The notes beneath the pieces were generated by a model, which was not told the DNA's origin, made no database searches, and was given only the letters and a program-made list of their open reading frames with translations. Below are positions 51,745 to 60,821 of a stretch of 64,000 nt of DNA, one piece after another (positions within the stretch are counted from its first letter, which is position 1; every line of letters starts with the position of its first letter). Position numbers and translations under genes: made by a program. The stretch comes from an uncultured delta proteobacterium (lineage in GTDB: Bacteria; Desulfobacterota; Binatia; Binatales; Binataceae): contig CAWEEQ010000004.1 of NCBI GenBank assembly GCA_963808235.1, positions 160,001 through 224,000 on the forward strand. The letters are read 5' to 3'.

Positions 51745-52361
51745 ACGATGTTGTCCGGCGGAGCCGAAATCGCAACTGTGACTGGACGCCGGGTTAGCTC
51801 GGGCGCAGCGATATCGGCCCGCGCGGAGATGCGCGCGGCACTCACAGGCTCGACGACAGCTCGCGCGACCATCGTGAGCGATACCCAAATCACCGCCGCT
51901 GCCAGCAAGATCGTAAACCACGCCATCGCGCGTATTCGGCGCAGCATCGAGTTTATCTTCGCCACGGTAAACGCCTCGCCATCGCCGTGCGCGGCCACCT
52001 CTTCCTGGCGTCCTATCCTGAATGCCAGTCCGAACGTGATGTAGGTCTGGATGAAGATGAGCGCAAAGGCCAGCCCCAGCTTGAGTTCGAGTGGGCCGCC
52101 GATCCGCGCGAAGTAGTCGAACTTCATCGACGCTTTCAAGTCCGTCAGGCGCATCGCGCCCGTAATCACAATAATTCCCAGCACTCCGATCGTGAACGGG
52201 TTGTAGAACTTGAACCCGGCGATCAGGCTCGCGCGGCGCGCCGCCTCGTTCGGCGCAGTCTCCGCGGCGGGTATCAGCATGTAGATGACCGCGAACTGCG
52301 CGCCGACATACGCGGCCATCGCGCATAGATGCAGCCAGATGAGGACTTCGCCGCCGATCAT
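51741..52361 (-). CDS. Hypothetical four-helix membrane protein (CopD/DUF2269-like)
   Basis: IWLHLCAMAAYVG, ITGA, LELKLGL pattern; four hydrophobic segments. Confidence 0.65.
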   Translation of the reverse strand: MIGGEVLIWLHLCAMAAYVGAQFAVIYMLIPAAETAPNEAARRASLIAGFKFYNPFTIGVLGIIVITGAMRLTDLKASMKFDYFARIGGPLELKLGLAFALIFIQTYITFGLAFRIGRQEEVAAHGDGEAFTVAKINSMLRRIRAMAWFTILLAAAVIWVSLTMVARAVVEPVSAARISARADIAAPELTRRPVTVAISAPPDNIV

Positions 52362-52404
52362 CGGATCCGACGGCCTGTGTTCCTGTTGAGGTTCGAACGC
52401 TTGT

Positions 52405-53763
52405 TCAAATGACCGGGTCGAAGTCCAGTGCGCCGCTGCGAGCAAGTCGCGAGTACCAGTGCCCGCTTTCTTTCACCGTACGAGCTTGGGTCTCGAAGTC
52501 GCAGTACACGATTCCGAAGCGCTGCTGGAATCCCTCGGCCCATTCGAAGTTGTCGGTGAATGTCCACAGAAAGTAGCCGCGCACGTCGGCGCCGGCCTGG
52601 ATCGCCTTTCCCACCTCGAAAATAAATCTGCGCAGAAAGCTGACCCGCCGCTGGTCGTTGACCTTGCCGTCGGGACCTGGCTTGTCGCCGTAGGAGCATC
52701 CATTCTCGGTGACGTAGATCGGGATGCCACCGAAGTCCTTCGTGATGCGCAAGATCATATCGGAAAGCGCCGGCGGATAAACTTCCCATCCGAACTCGGT
52801 GACCTCTTCGCCGCCGGCGCGGACCTGCTTGACCCCCATGTTGTGATCCTGCGGATCGTGCGCGACGACTGCGCGCGTGTAGAGATTGATCCCGATAAAG
52901 TCGAGCGGCGCCTTAATCGTCTCCATGTCGCCGGCGCGAATCTCCACGTGATCCTCGACCGATCCTCTCACGTACGCCTCCGGATACCTGCCGTGAACCA
53001 CCGGGTCGAGGAACCACAGGTTGTAAAATCGATGCCATCGCTCGGCCGCCGCACGATCCTCGAGTGAGCCTGTCCGCGGATGCACCGGCGACATGCTAAA
53101 CGCGGTGCCTACTGCATCGGGCTTGTTCTTGGATTCGCGGATCGCCTTGATCGCCATGCCCTGCGCAAGGTTGACAGTATGCGTCGCCTTGATCGCGTTG
53201 GCGGGATCGCGCCGGCCCGGCGCATGACTTCCCACCAGGTAGCCGAGGATCGTGAAAATCCACGGCTCGTTGAATGCCATCCAATGTTTCACGCGATCGC
53301 CAAGTGAATCGGCAACCACTGCTGCGTAATCGCGGAAGTACTCGGCCAGGTCACGATTCGGCCATCCGCCGGCGTCTTCGAGCGGCTGCGGGAGGTCCCA
53401 ATGATAAAGCGTCACCCACGGTTGGATGTTGCGGCGGAGCATCGCGTCGACGACGCGGCTGTAGAAGTCGAGTCCCTTCTGATTAATGCTGCCTTTGCCG
53501 AGCGGCATGATGCGCGGCCATGAGAGCGAGATTCGCGCCGCGTTCAGACCGAGGTCGGCCATCAGCGCGATGTCGTCGTCGTAGCGATGGTAGAAATCGC
53601 AAGCGACGTCGCCGCTGTTGCCGTTCTTTATTTTCCCGGGCGTGTGCGAGAAGCGATCCCAGATTGATTCGCCCTTGCCGTCCTCGTTCCAGCCGCCCTC
53701 GATCTGATAGGACGCGCTGGCAGTGCCCCACAAAAATCCCTTCGGAAAACTAGTCGCCGCCAT
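52405..53763 (-). CDS. Beta-glucosidase, glycoside hydrolase family 1
   Basis: FPKGFLWGTASASYQIEG, TLYHWDLPQ, FNEP, VTENG, DNFEWAEG. Confidence 0.96.
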   Translation of the reverse strand: MAATSFPKGFLWGTASASYQIEGGWNEDGKGESIWDRFSHTPGKIKNGNSGDVACDFYHRYDDDIALMADLGLNAARISLSWPRIMPLGKGSINQKGLDFYSRVVDAMLRRNIQPWVTLYHWDLPQPLEDAGGWPNRDLAEYFRDYAAVVADSLGDRVKHWMAFNEPWIFTILGYLVGSHAPGRRDPANAIKATHTVNLAQGMAIKAIRESKNKPDAVGTAFSMSPVHPRTGSLEDRAAAERWHRFYNLWFLDPVVHGRYPEAYVRGSVEDHVEIRAGDMETIKAPLDFIGINLYTRAVVAHDPQDHNMGVKQVRAGGEEVTEFGWEVYPPALSDMILRITKDFGGIPIYVTENGCSYGDKPGPDGKVNDQRRVSFLRRFIFEVGKAIQAGADVRGYFLWTFTDNFEWAEGFQQRFGIVYCDFETQARTVKESGHWYSRLARSGALDFDPVI

Positions 53764-53838
53764 AGGCCGGTTTGTTAGCACAGCAATAAAAAATAGGCGA
53801 CCCCGCTTGATTCTTATGTGAGTGCAAACCGCGCGAGC

Positions 53839-54273
53839 TCAATCGTTTGGCACTGCGGCCTGCCGGATTGAGTTGAGAACGAATATGAAATGCTGATGAG
53901 ACGATACGTTAGCGAGCAAGCTCACCTGCTTCAGGAGCTTTAGCTCGGCGCGTGTTACGCGGTGACGCCTGATAAGTGCCCTATCTGAGGCAAACCGCTT
54001 CCACGAATCGGTGGCTTTCGTCGAGCCAGGCTCTGCTTGAGTGCCGACCAGGTACTTTGATTCCGGGTGACAGAGAAAGAGCAATTCGCGCCGATCGAGT
54101 CCGAGCGCATCGGCAATCCGTCCCACCAGCGAAAGCGAAGGTCTCCGCTTACCGGTTTCGATATAAGCGATATGGCTGGCCTGAACGCCGATCTGTTTAC
54201 CGAGTTCACGCTGGGTCATCCCGAGTTCCCGGCGCGCTTGTTTCAACATTCCGCGGAGCGTCTTCCCGCTCAT
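53839..54273 (-). CDS. XRE-family HTH transcriptional regulator
   Basis: LKQARRELGMTQRELG...SHIAYIETGKRRPSL; ATGA overlap with the upstream gene. Confidence 0.9.
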   Translation of the reverse strand: MSGKTLRGMLKQARRELGMTQRELGKQIGVQASHIAYIETGKRRPSLSLVGRIADALGLDRRELLFLCHPESKYLVGTQAEPGSTKATDSWKRFASDRALIRRHRVTRAELKLLKQVSLLANVSSHQHFIFVLNSIRQAAVPND

Positions 54274-55076
54274 ATTCCGTACTCGCTAAGTAGTGCCGCG
54301 CGCAGTTTCGCCGTGTGAATCATACCTGCCACAACCTGCAAGTTTTCGGCCGCCCCGACTTGCGCTTCGAAATCGAAGCCCAGGCCGGAACACAGGTGAC
54401 GCTTCGCCCTCGGAACTAGCTGCAATATATCCGCATCCGCATCTCTTTTTTGAGAGCCATTGAAGAGCCGTTCCGCGACTGTTTTTGGATATCCTCCCAA
54501 CGCCAATACGATATCTGCAACCAGTTCCTCCGGATCGCTCAGATGATTCAGGTAATTATCGGCGGACGACATATTCAGCCGCTCGCCATGGCCGCCAAAA
54601 ATATCATGGGTGAGATGATGTCCCATCTCGTGCCAGAACGCGGCCGCGACTAGCACCCGGTGATGTACCGTATTGACGCATATGACCGGCTTTTTCAGTA
54701 GTCTTCCGCCGCCGTCGTTGACGTAGAACCCCCGCAGCGTACGACCCTCTCGGCCTTCGAACGTTCCGAGCTGCAACACCGCGCCGAAGCTCGCCGCAGT
54801 CTCGGTCAACCGAGCCAGGTCGGTTTCTCCGAACAGCCGCTGATTCAGCTCCGGCAGGAAGTGCCGCAACTCCGAAATGATTCCTTGAAGTTGGGGCCGG
54901 TCGAAGTGGCTCTGCAATGCCGCGGGATAATCGACTCGAGAAAAAGACGAAAAGTCTTCGCAAGCACGGTCGGCCGTTCGCTGCTCGGCTCGTGATTGCG
55001 AGCGATTCACGATCTCGCGGATCAGTCCTTCGAGCGGATCGGGTTCTCTGTCTTGCGCCACCGTTGGCCACCCCAA
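54270..55076 (-). CDS. IrrE/ImmA-like HExxH metallopeptidase-domain protein
   Basis: LRGFY, PVICVN, FWHEMGHHL, EELVAD; start TTG 55076 or GTG 55061. Confidence 0.65.
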   Translation of the reverse strand: MGWPTVAQDREPDPLEGLIREIVNRSQSRAEQRTADRACEDFSSFSRVDYPAALQSHFDRPQLQGIISELRHFLPELNQRLFGETDLARLTETAASFGAVLQLGTFEGREGRTLRGFYVNDGGGRLLKKPVICVNTVHHRVLVAAAFWHEMGHHLTHDIFGGHGERLNMSSADNYLNHLSDPEELVADIVLALGGYPKTVAERLFNGSQKRDADADILQLVPRAKRHLCSGLGFDFEAQVGAAENLQVVAGMIHTAKLRAALLSEYGI

Positions 55077-55473
55077 ATTGAGGCCATGCTAATCGCGCCG
55101 ACCGTGGGTTAGCAAGCGCAACAACTACCGCGACTGGGGCGCCGCTGTAAAAAGTAGCCAATTCATACAAATAGCGTTTTGTGGGGGGACCACGGCACAG
55201 CTAAGAGTCTAGTAATTTTCACAAAAAGTGATCCAAGTGTTCACGTCGACCATCGCACGCGCGACAAGCTCTTTTGAGCGTGCGGGCGATCCCCTCCGAC
55301 CGCTCTCTTACCCTCCGAAACCACCCTACGAAATCGTTTCCGCCGGAAACCTGAGATGGGGTGCCTCGTTCGGCAGACCGCCGGCTCGCACCCAGCGCGC
55401 ACCGCCGCGCGTCGCCGTACTCAAGCGACCGCGGTTCGAAGGTCGATAAACGAAGAAAAAACAGGAGAGTCCA

Positions 55474-56199
55474 ATGGAACTGCGTCAACTGACAACTGAT
55501 CATGAGCGGCAAATCTTCGCGGAATGTCTTTCCAAGGCCAGGGCCACGGCTGGATACGGCTTCAGAGAGACCGCGCGCTCGCGGCTCGGAAGGGCGCATC
55601 TCACGTTCGGAAATGTCTATGCGATTTTTGAAAACGAAGGCGACCCGTCCGAGCGGATGGCGGGAGGTTTCATCGTACACGATCTCGCCACCCTTCCCCA
55701 GAGTTTCGCGCAGCCGGACCTGAGTTATCTGCCCCCAAAGTCGGTCATCGAAGGCAGCGAGCTATGGGCGCTTACCAGGGGAGCTGCCGGGGTTGCGAAG
55801 CGAATAGCACCCGCGATCGCCGGTCTTCTACAGGCGAAGGCGGTCGTCCTCTATCCATTCATCAAGCCGTTCGATCTGACCGCACCTCACGCTCAACTCG
55901 GCTTCGTCAATGCCTGCGATCCGATCCAATACCACTTTTGCGAGACCCTCGAGGGAGAAGATCTTTGGGTCCAACCGATGGTTCTGCAGGGCGAGAAACT
56001 CGACGAGTACATCCGGCGCGGATTTGATTACCTCCTCGGCGGCCAGCGCGATCGTCACGTCCTGCGCTTCGATGCGTCTCTCGCGACGACACGTCCGGCG
56101 GCTATCGAGCCTGCGGTCGCTGAAAGAGAAGTGGCCAAGAGTTCGGTTGTCTCCTCGCACGGAGCGGGAGACGAGCGCAACGGTGCGGCGTCGATGTAA
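55474..56199 (+). CDS. Hypothetical protein, possibly GNAT-fold acyltransferase (LuxI/FeeM-like)
   Basis: AGGAG RBS; VIEGSELWAL and AQLGF resemble the E-x-S-(R)-L and LGF elements of acyl-synthases; function inferred only. Confidence 0.55.
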   Translation: MELRQLTTDHERQIFAECLSKARATAGYGFRETARSRLGRAHLTFGNVYAIFENEGDPSERMAGGFIVHDLATLPQSFAQPDLSYLPPKSVIEGSELWALTRGAAGVAKRIAPAIAGLLQAKAVVLYPFIKPFDLTAPHAQLGFVNACDPIQYHFCETLEGEDLWVQPMVLQGEKLDEYIRRGFDYLLGGQRDRHVLRFDASLATTRPAAIEPAVAEREVAKSSVVSSHGAGDERNGAASM

Positions 56200-56290
56200 G
56201 CGACCGGCACGGGGTTCTCGAAAATCTTGGGCGGACTTAAGTCCGCTCCTAAAAGTTCCGCGATCCACGATCGCGGAAGGAGTCATACGA

Positions 56291-57250
56291 ATGAATATCG
56301 ACAATCAGGTTGTCCAAGCGGGCGGGACGAGCCCGCAATTGGAGGAGCTGTACGCAACGATTCCCAAGTGGCGGAACCTGCTCGCGGCGGTCAAAGCCGG
56401 CGAGACTGAATTCATGGACGTGCTCGCCAGGATGGGACTCCTCGAGAAGTTCGGTCTATCCACCAGCGCGGTCCATGCGTACCAGGAAATAGAGATTCAC
56501 GCCTTCATTCTGGGAATCGTCTCTGACGACCGATGGGAAGAGATCCAGGCGAAGTCGTTCCTGACCTACGCCTCGCACTGGATCGACGATTTCTTCGATA
56601 GTCCCGGCAAAGTTGGCGATCCCGCACAGTTGATGGCCGATCGAGGCGATATCCGCCACGCGCTTGCCAACATGGGTCCGGTCGGCCAGGTCGGATTTGC
56701 GATGGCGAACCGCGTGCCGCATCCGGAGGCGGTCTACAAAAGCCTGCATCGGATGCTTTATGGAGGCCTGGTGCAGCGATCGCTCGACTATGCGAACCGT
56801 CATACCCTGGTCAAGGAATACCAGACCGTCGCGACGGAGTTCGTCGATTCAGGGCTGGCCCGGCAAATCCTGCAACTGCAACCGCAAGCCTACTGGACCA
56901 CCAACAAAACCGTCCAGGAATTGCTCAACGCCGCCGAGCCGGAGCTCGACTTCAATACTTCGGAGTTGTGGAATCTGGTCTACGCTCCCGCCATCTATTA
57001 CCAGGATCTCGATGAAGAGCGGGCGCGTGGAGAGTCGAACTTTGAAGAGGAAGAGGCCCCGAGGATGAGCGAGATGCTGAAAATGATCCGGCTCGGAGCA
57101 CGGTACCTTGCGCAGACCGGCAAGAAGGGAAGTCTGCAGACTGCGCAGCTACGTTTCGCCGCGCTCGCACTCCCCAACCTGCCGGACCAGATCGTGAGCG
57201 AGTACCGGGTCCTATGGGAAAGACGCGGCGAGGCCGTCTGTTCGGATTAA
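56291..57250 (+). CDS. Hypothetical protein, class I isoprenoid synthase-like (terpene synthase/prenyltransferase)
   Basis: AAGGAG RBS; HWIDDFFD (DDxxD) and a second acidic motif YYQDLDEERARGESNF; helix-favouring composition. Confidence 0.6.
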   Translation: MNIDNQVVQAGGTSPQLEELYATIPKWRNLLAAVKAGETEFMDVLARMGLLEKFGLSTSAVHAYQEIEIHAFILGIVSDDRWEEIQAKSFLTYASHWIDDFFDSPGKVGDPAQLMADRGDIRHALANMGPVGQVGFAMANRVPHPEAVYKSLHRMLYGGLVQRSLDYANRHTLVKEYQTVATEFVDSGLARQILQLQPQAYWTTNKTVQELLNAAEPELDFNTSELWNLVYAPAIYYQDLDEERARGESNFEEEEAPRMSEMLKMIRLGARYLAQTGKKGSLQTAQLRFAALALPNLPDQIVSEYRVLWERRGEAVCSD

Positions 57251-57266
57251 TTCGAGGTTCCGGCTC

Positions 57267-57317
57267 ATGAGGTCAATCGTGATCCGGAACAAGGAGGCTT
57301 CTATGCAACACGTTTGA
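57267..57317 (+). CDS. Candidate micro-ORF MRSIVIRNKEASMQHV, or MQHV from ATG 57303
   Basis: GAGG before ATG 57267 and AAGGAGG at 57291-57297 before in-frame ATG 57303; TGA 57315-57317. Confidence 0.3.
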   Translation: MRSIVIRNKEASMQHV

Positions 57318-57331
57318 CCACCAGAATGCCC

Positions 57332-57400
57332 GCGCGGCGCCTCGAACGAAGGCGCCGCGCCGGCTCGGATTCATCTTAAGTCGCGATTTCGTATCGCGAC
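57332..57400. terminator. Two hairpins closing the operon
   Basis: GCGCGGCGCCT/AGGCGCCGCGC and GTCGCGAT/ATCGCGAC stems; no clear U-tract. Confidence 0.4.
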
Positions 57401-57506
57401 ACTGGTTGTGATCTCGCGCGTGAGTCGCTGCATCCCGTACCGATGCCGGATGGCTCAGCGTGATTTGCTTCCAGCCAGCGCTCGGTGCGCTGCGGTAAAC
57501 CCCGCG

Positions 57507-57929
57507 TTAGTTTGCCGAGGCCACGACGATACAGAGCAATGCCAGGAGTAGCGCTACAGGCCCGTTCTGAAACCGCTCCGAACTGCTCGACGAGACGAAG
57601 TTAGCTAGTGCGCTCAGCGCCATCACGCCGGCGAGCGTCCACGTCCCCCAACGCAAGATGCCGAACCGATCGGTCGAAGCCCAATAGCGCGCGCGGCCGA
57701 GGACGATGATAGCGCCGGCGACGAGCAGACCGGCCGCGAACCCGCTAGCGACTCTGAGCGCCACGTTGAGATGGTCGTGACTGCCGCCGCCCCAGGCGCC
57801 GGAGAGTCCCCAAGAGCCGCCAAGCGCCCAGAAAATTTCGAATGTCGCAACTACGATAAAGGCGGTTGCGACCACCGCCGCAGCGAAGCGAGTCGCTCGT
57901 GTAGCGATCATAACGCGGCGGAGCTTCAT
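57507..57929 (-). CDS. Small membrane protein (DUF3995-like)
   Basis: IFWALGGSWG, four hydrophobic helices, ERFQNGPVALLL. Confidence 0.6.
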   Translation of the reverse strand: MKLRRVMIATRATRFAAAVVATAFIVVATFEIFWALGGSWGLSGAWGGGSHDHLNVALRVASGFAAGLLVAGAIIVLGRARYWASTDRFGILRWGTWTLAGVMALSALANFVSSSSSERFQNGPVALLLALLCIVVASAN

Positions 57930-57956
57930 GCGCGATATCGCGCGACCCGTTGGATG

Positions 57957-58895
57957 CTATTCGCCCTTTGCTTCCAGCCAGCGCTCGGCGTCGATTGCCG
58001 CCATGCATCCCGTGCCCGCCGCGGTGACTGCCTGCCGATATACGCTGTCGGCGACGTCGCCGGCGGCGAACACGCCGTCGATATTGGTGTAGGTCGACCC
58101 GGCGCGCACCCGCAAATATCCGACTTCGTCCATGTCGAGCTGGCCCTTGAAGATCGCGGTATTCGGCTGATGCCCGATCGCGACGAACACCGCGTCGGTC
58201 TTCTGGTCGGTGATTTTCCCGGTCTTCAGATTTTTCAACTTGACGCCGCTCACGCCCAGTTTGGGATCGCCGATGATTTCTTCGATCGCGGAATCCCAGA
58301 TGAACGCGATCTTGGGATTCTTGCGCGCGCGATCCTGCATGATCTTCGACGCGCGCAGCGTGTCGCGGCGATGCACGATCGTCACCTTGGTGCAGAAGCG
58401 GGTCAGGAAGGTCGCTTCTTCCATCGCGGTGTCGCCGCCGCCGATCACAAGCGCTTCCTTCTCCTTAAAGAATGCGCCGTCGCAGGTCGCGCATGCGCTC
58501 ACCCCGTAACCCATCAGGCGCTTTTCCGATTCGATTCCGAGCAGCTTCGCCGACGCTCCGGTTGAAATGATCAGCGACTCGGCCTTGACGACTTTTCCGT
58601 CGGCGACCACCTCGAACGGCCTGGCCTTCAGGCGCGCTTCGGTCACCTCGCCGGCTAGAAAACGGGTGCCGAAGCGAGTCACCTGGCGGCGGAACACGTC
58701 CATCATCTCGGGTCCCTGCACGCCATGCTCGAAGCCCGGATAGTTCTCGACCTCGGTAGTGATGGTGAGCTGTCCACCCGGCTCGTTGCCCTCGATCAGC
58801 AGCGGACTCAAGTTTGCGCGCGCGGTATAGAGCGCGGCAGTCAGTCCGGCGGGACCGGAACCCAGAATCACGACCTTGTTGATTTCGTCAGCCAT
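57957..58895 (-). CDS. trxB: Thioredoxin reductase
   Basis: [49 protein letters not shown]. Confidence 0.97.
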   Translation of the reverse strand: MADEINKVVILGSGPAGLTAALYTARANLSPLLIEGNEPGGQLTITTEVENYPGFEHGVQGPEMMDVFRRQVTRFGTRFLAGEVTEARLKARPFEVVADGKVVKAESLIISTGASAKLLGIESEKRLMGYGVSACATCDGAFFKEKEALVIGGGDTAMEEATFLTRFCTKVTIVHRRDTLRASKIMQDRARKNPKIAFIWDSAIEEIIGDPKLGVSGVKLKNLKTGKITDQKTDAVFVAIGHQPNTAIFKGQLDMDEVGYLRVRAGSTYTNIDGVFAAGDVADSVYRQAVTAAGTGCMAAIDAERWLEAKGE

Positions 58896-59009
58896 AAGAC
58901 CTGTGTGCGGAGTTTATTAAGTTGTTGCTCTAAACATTTCTTGGCGGTTAGGTTCCAACATTTTATTGTATATGTTGAGGCGGTCAACGTAAGCTCATAT
59001 TCCCGACCA

Positions 59010-59549
59010 ATGGCGCGCAAGAAACAACCTTCATCGCGGAGCGCCGCCAGCGCGCGACTGACGCATCTCGACGGGCGCGGGCGAATCCGCATGGTCGATG
59101 TCGGCGAGAAGCCGGTCACGCGGCGCGAGGCGATCGCGCGCGGGCAAGTGCGGATGGCCCCGGCGACTCTCGACGCGATCGTCGGCGGCAAACTCAAGAA
59201 GGGCGAGGCGCTCGCGGCGGCGCGAATCGCGGGAATCATGGCGGCCAAGCGCACTCATGAGCTGATCCCGCTCTGTCATCAGATTCCGCTCGAAGTGGTC
59301 GAAGTCGAATTCAGGCCCGATCGCGCGGCCTCGACGCTCGAGATCCAGGCCCGCGCCGTCACCGACGCGCGCACCGGCGTCGAGATGGAAGCGATGGTCG
59401 CGGTGAGCGCGGCGGCGCTGACCATTTACGACATGGCAAAGGCCATCGATCGCGCGATGGAAATCGGCGCGATTCGGCTGGTCGCGAAACGGGGCGGCCG
59501 CAGCGGCGATTTTTCCCGTGCGGGCGAGCCGCAATGGCCGTCGGAGTGA
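59010..59549 (+). CDS. moaC: Cyclic pyranopterin monophosphate synthase
   Basis: [45 protein letters not shown]. Confidence 0.96.
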   Translation: MARKKQPSSRSAASARLTHLDGRGRIRMVDVGEKPVTRREAIARGQVRMAPATLDAIVGGKLKKGEALAAARIAGIMAAKRTHELIPLCHQIPLEVVEVEFRPDRAASTLEIQARAVTDARTGVEMEAMVAVSAAALTIYDMAKAIDRAMEIGAIRLVAKRGGRSGDFSRAGEPQWPSE

Positions 59550-60731
59550 GCGCGCCGCTTGCTCGGATAATCCTCAAGCGTGGCAGGGAAGGTCCGGTCC
59601 GCGGAGGCAATCCGTGGATTTTCTCGCAGGCAATCGCGCGGATTGAGCCGGCTGCGATCGAGCCAGGCGCGATCGTCGCGGTGCACGACGACGGGGGCGC
59701 GCTGCTCGGAATGGGTTACTGCAATCCCGCCACCACTATCGCGGTGCGGATGCTCGCGTGGGGTGAGACTCCGGTAATCGAGGAATTGGTTGCGCGCCGG
59801 CTAAAGAGCGCGCTCGAACTTCGGCGCAAATTCGTTCGCCCCGACACCGACGCATATCGGCTGCTCAACGGTGACGGTGACGGGCTGTCAGGCGTGGTCG
59901 TCGATCGATTCGGCGACGTGCTCGTCGTGCAGTTGCTCACCGCCGGAGCGGATCGGATGCGCGAGACTCTGGTCGAGGCGCTCTCCGAATTGCTCCATCC
60001 GCGCGCGATCATCGAACGCAGTCATGGCGCGGTGCGAAAGCAGGAGGGCCTCGACGATCGCATCGGGATTCTCGCCGGCGAGCCGGTTACGGAAACGCTC
60101 GCGACGGAAAACGGAATTCGAATCCACATCGATTTCGAGCACGGACAGAAGACCGGCTACTTCCTCGATCAGCGCGACAATCGCGCACTGGCGGGTACGA
60201 TGGCAGTCGGAGCGCGAGTGCTCGACGCGTGTTGCTACCAGGGCGGATTCGCGCTCGCGGCGCTCGCGTCGAGTGCGAAGCATGTCGTCGCGGTGGATAC
60301 CTCGGCACGAGCGCTCGAGTGGGCGCGGCGAAACGTCGAACTGAACGGACATCCGCGAGACGACAGTCGAGTTCGTTCATGGCGAGGCCGGCCCTTTCAT
60401 GGCCGAAACCCCCAATCGTTTCGATCTGATTGTCCTCGATCCTCCGCCGCTCGCCCGAAGCCGTGGCGATGCCGAGCGCGCCGGCCGCCTCTACGTCGAA
60501 CTCAACGCGGTTGCGATGCGCGCGCTCGCACCGGGCGGGCGCCTGATGACGTTTTCATGCTCGACGCATTTCCGCGCCGACGACTTTGTGCGCGCGGTCA
60601 GATTCGCGCAGACAAATGCGGGCCGCAATCTCCGCCTCCTCGCGCATCTTGGCCCCGGCCCCGATCATCCGGTGCTGCTCGGCCATTCCGAAGGCGAATA
60701 CCTGACCGGTCTGTTGCTGGCGGAACTATAG
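59534..60731 (+). CDS. rlmI: RlmI-like class I SAM-dependent rRNA methyltransferase, frameshifted near 60355-60362
   Basis: [34 protein letters not shown]; [15 protein letters not shown] and GPDHP...EGEYL lie in the +1 frame (ORF 60399-60731). Confidence 0.88.
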
Positions 60732-60821
60732 AACCGCCTCGCGCGATGCCTAAATAAACGGCTTGCTAAGCTCGCGGCTTTGCTTGAGTATAGAGCAAAT
60801 TTTCCCCCGGGATCTGATGGA

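Noticed and set aside
53839-55076. Prophage or ICE immunity module
   Set aside because: No integrase, phage or conjugation genes flank the XRE/HExxH pair
55910-56290. N-terminal extension of the 446-aa ORF
   Set aside because: Overlaps the upstream gene; an AAGGAG RBS supports ATG 56291
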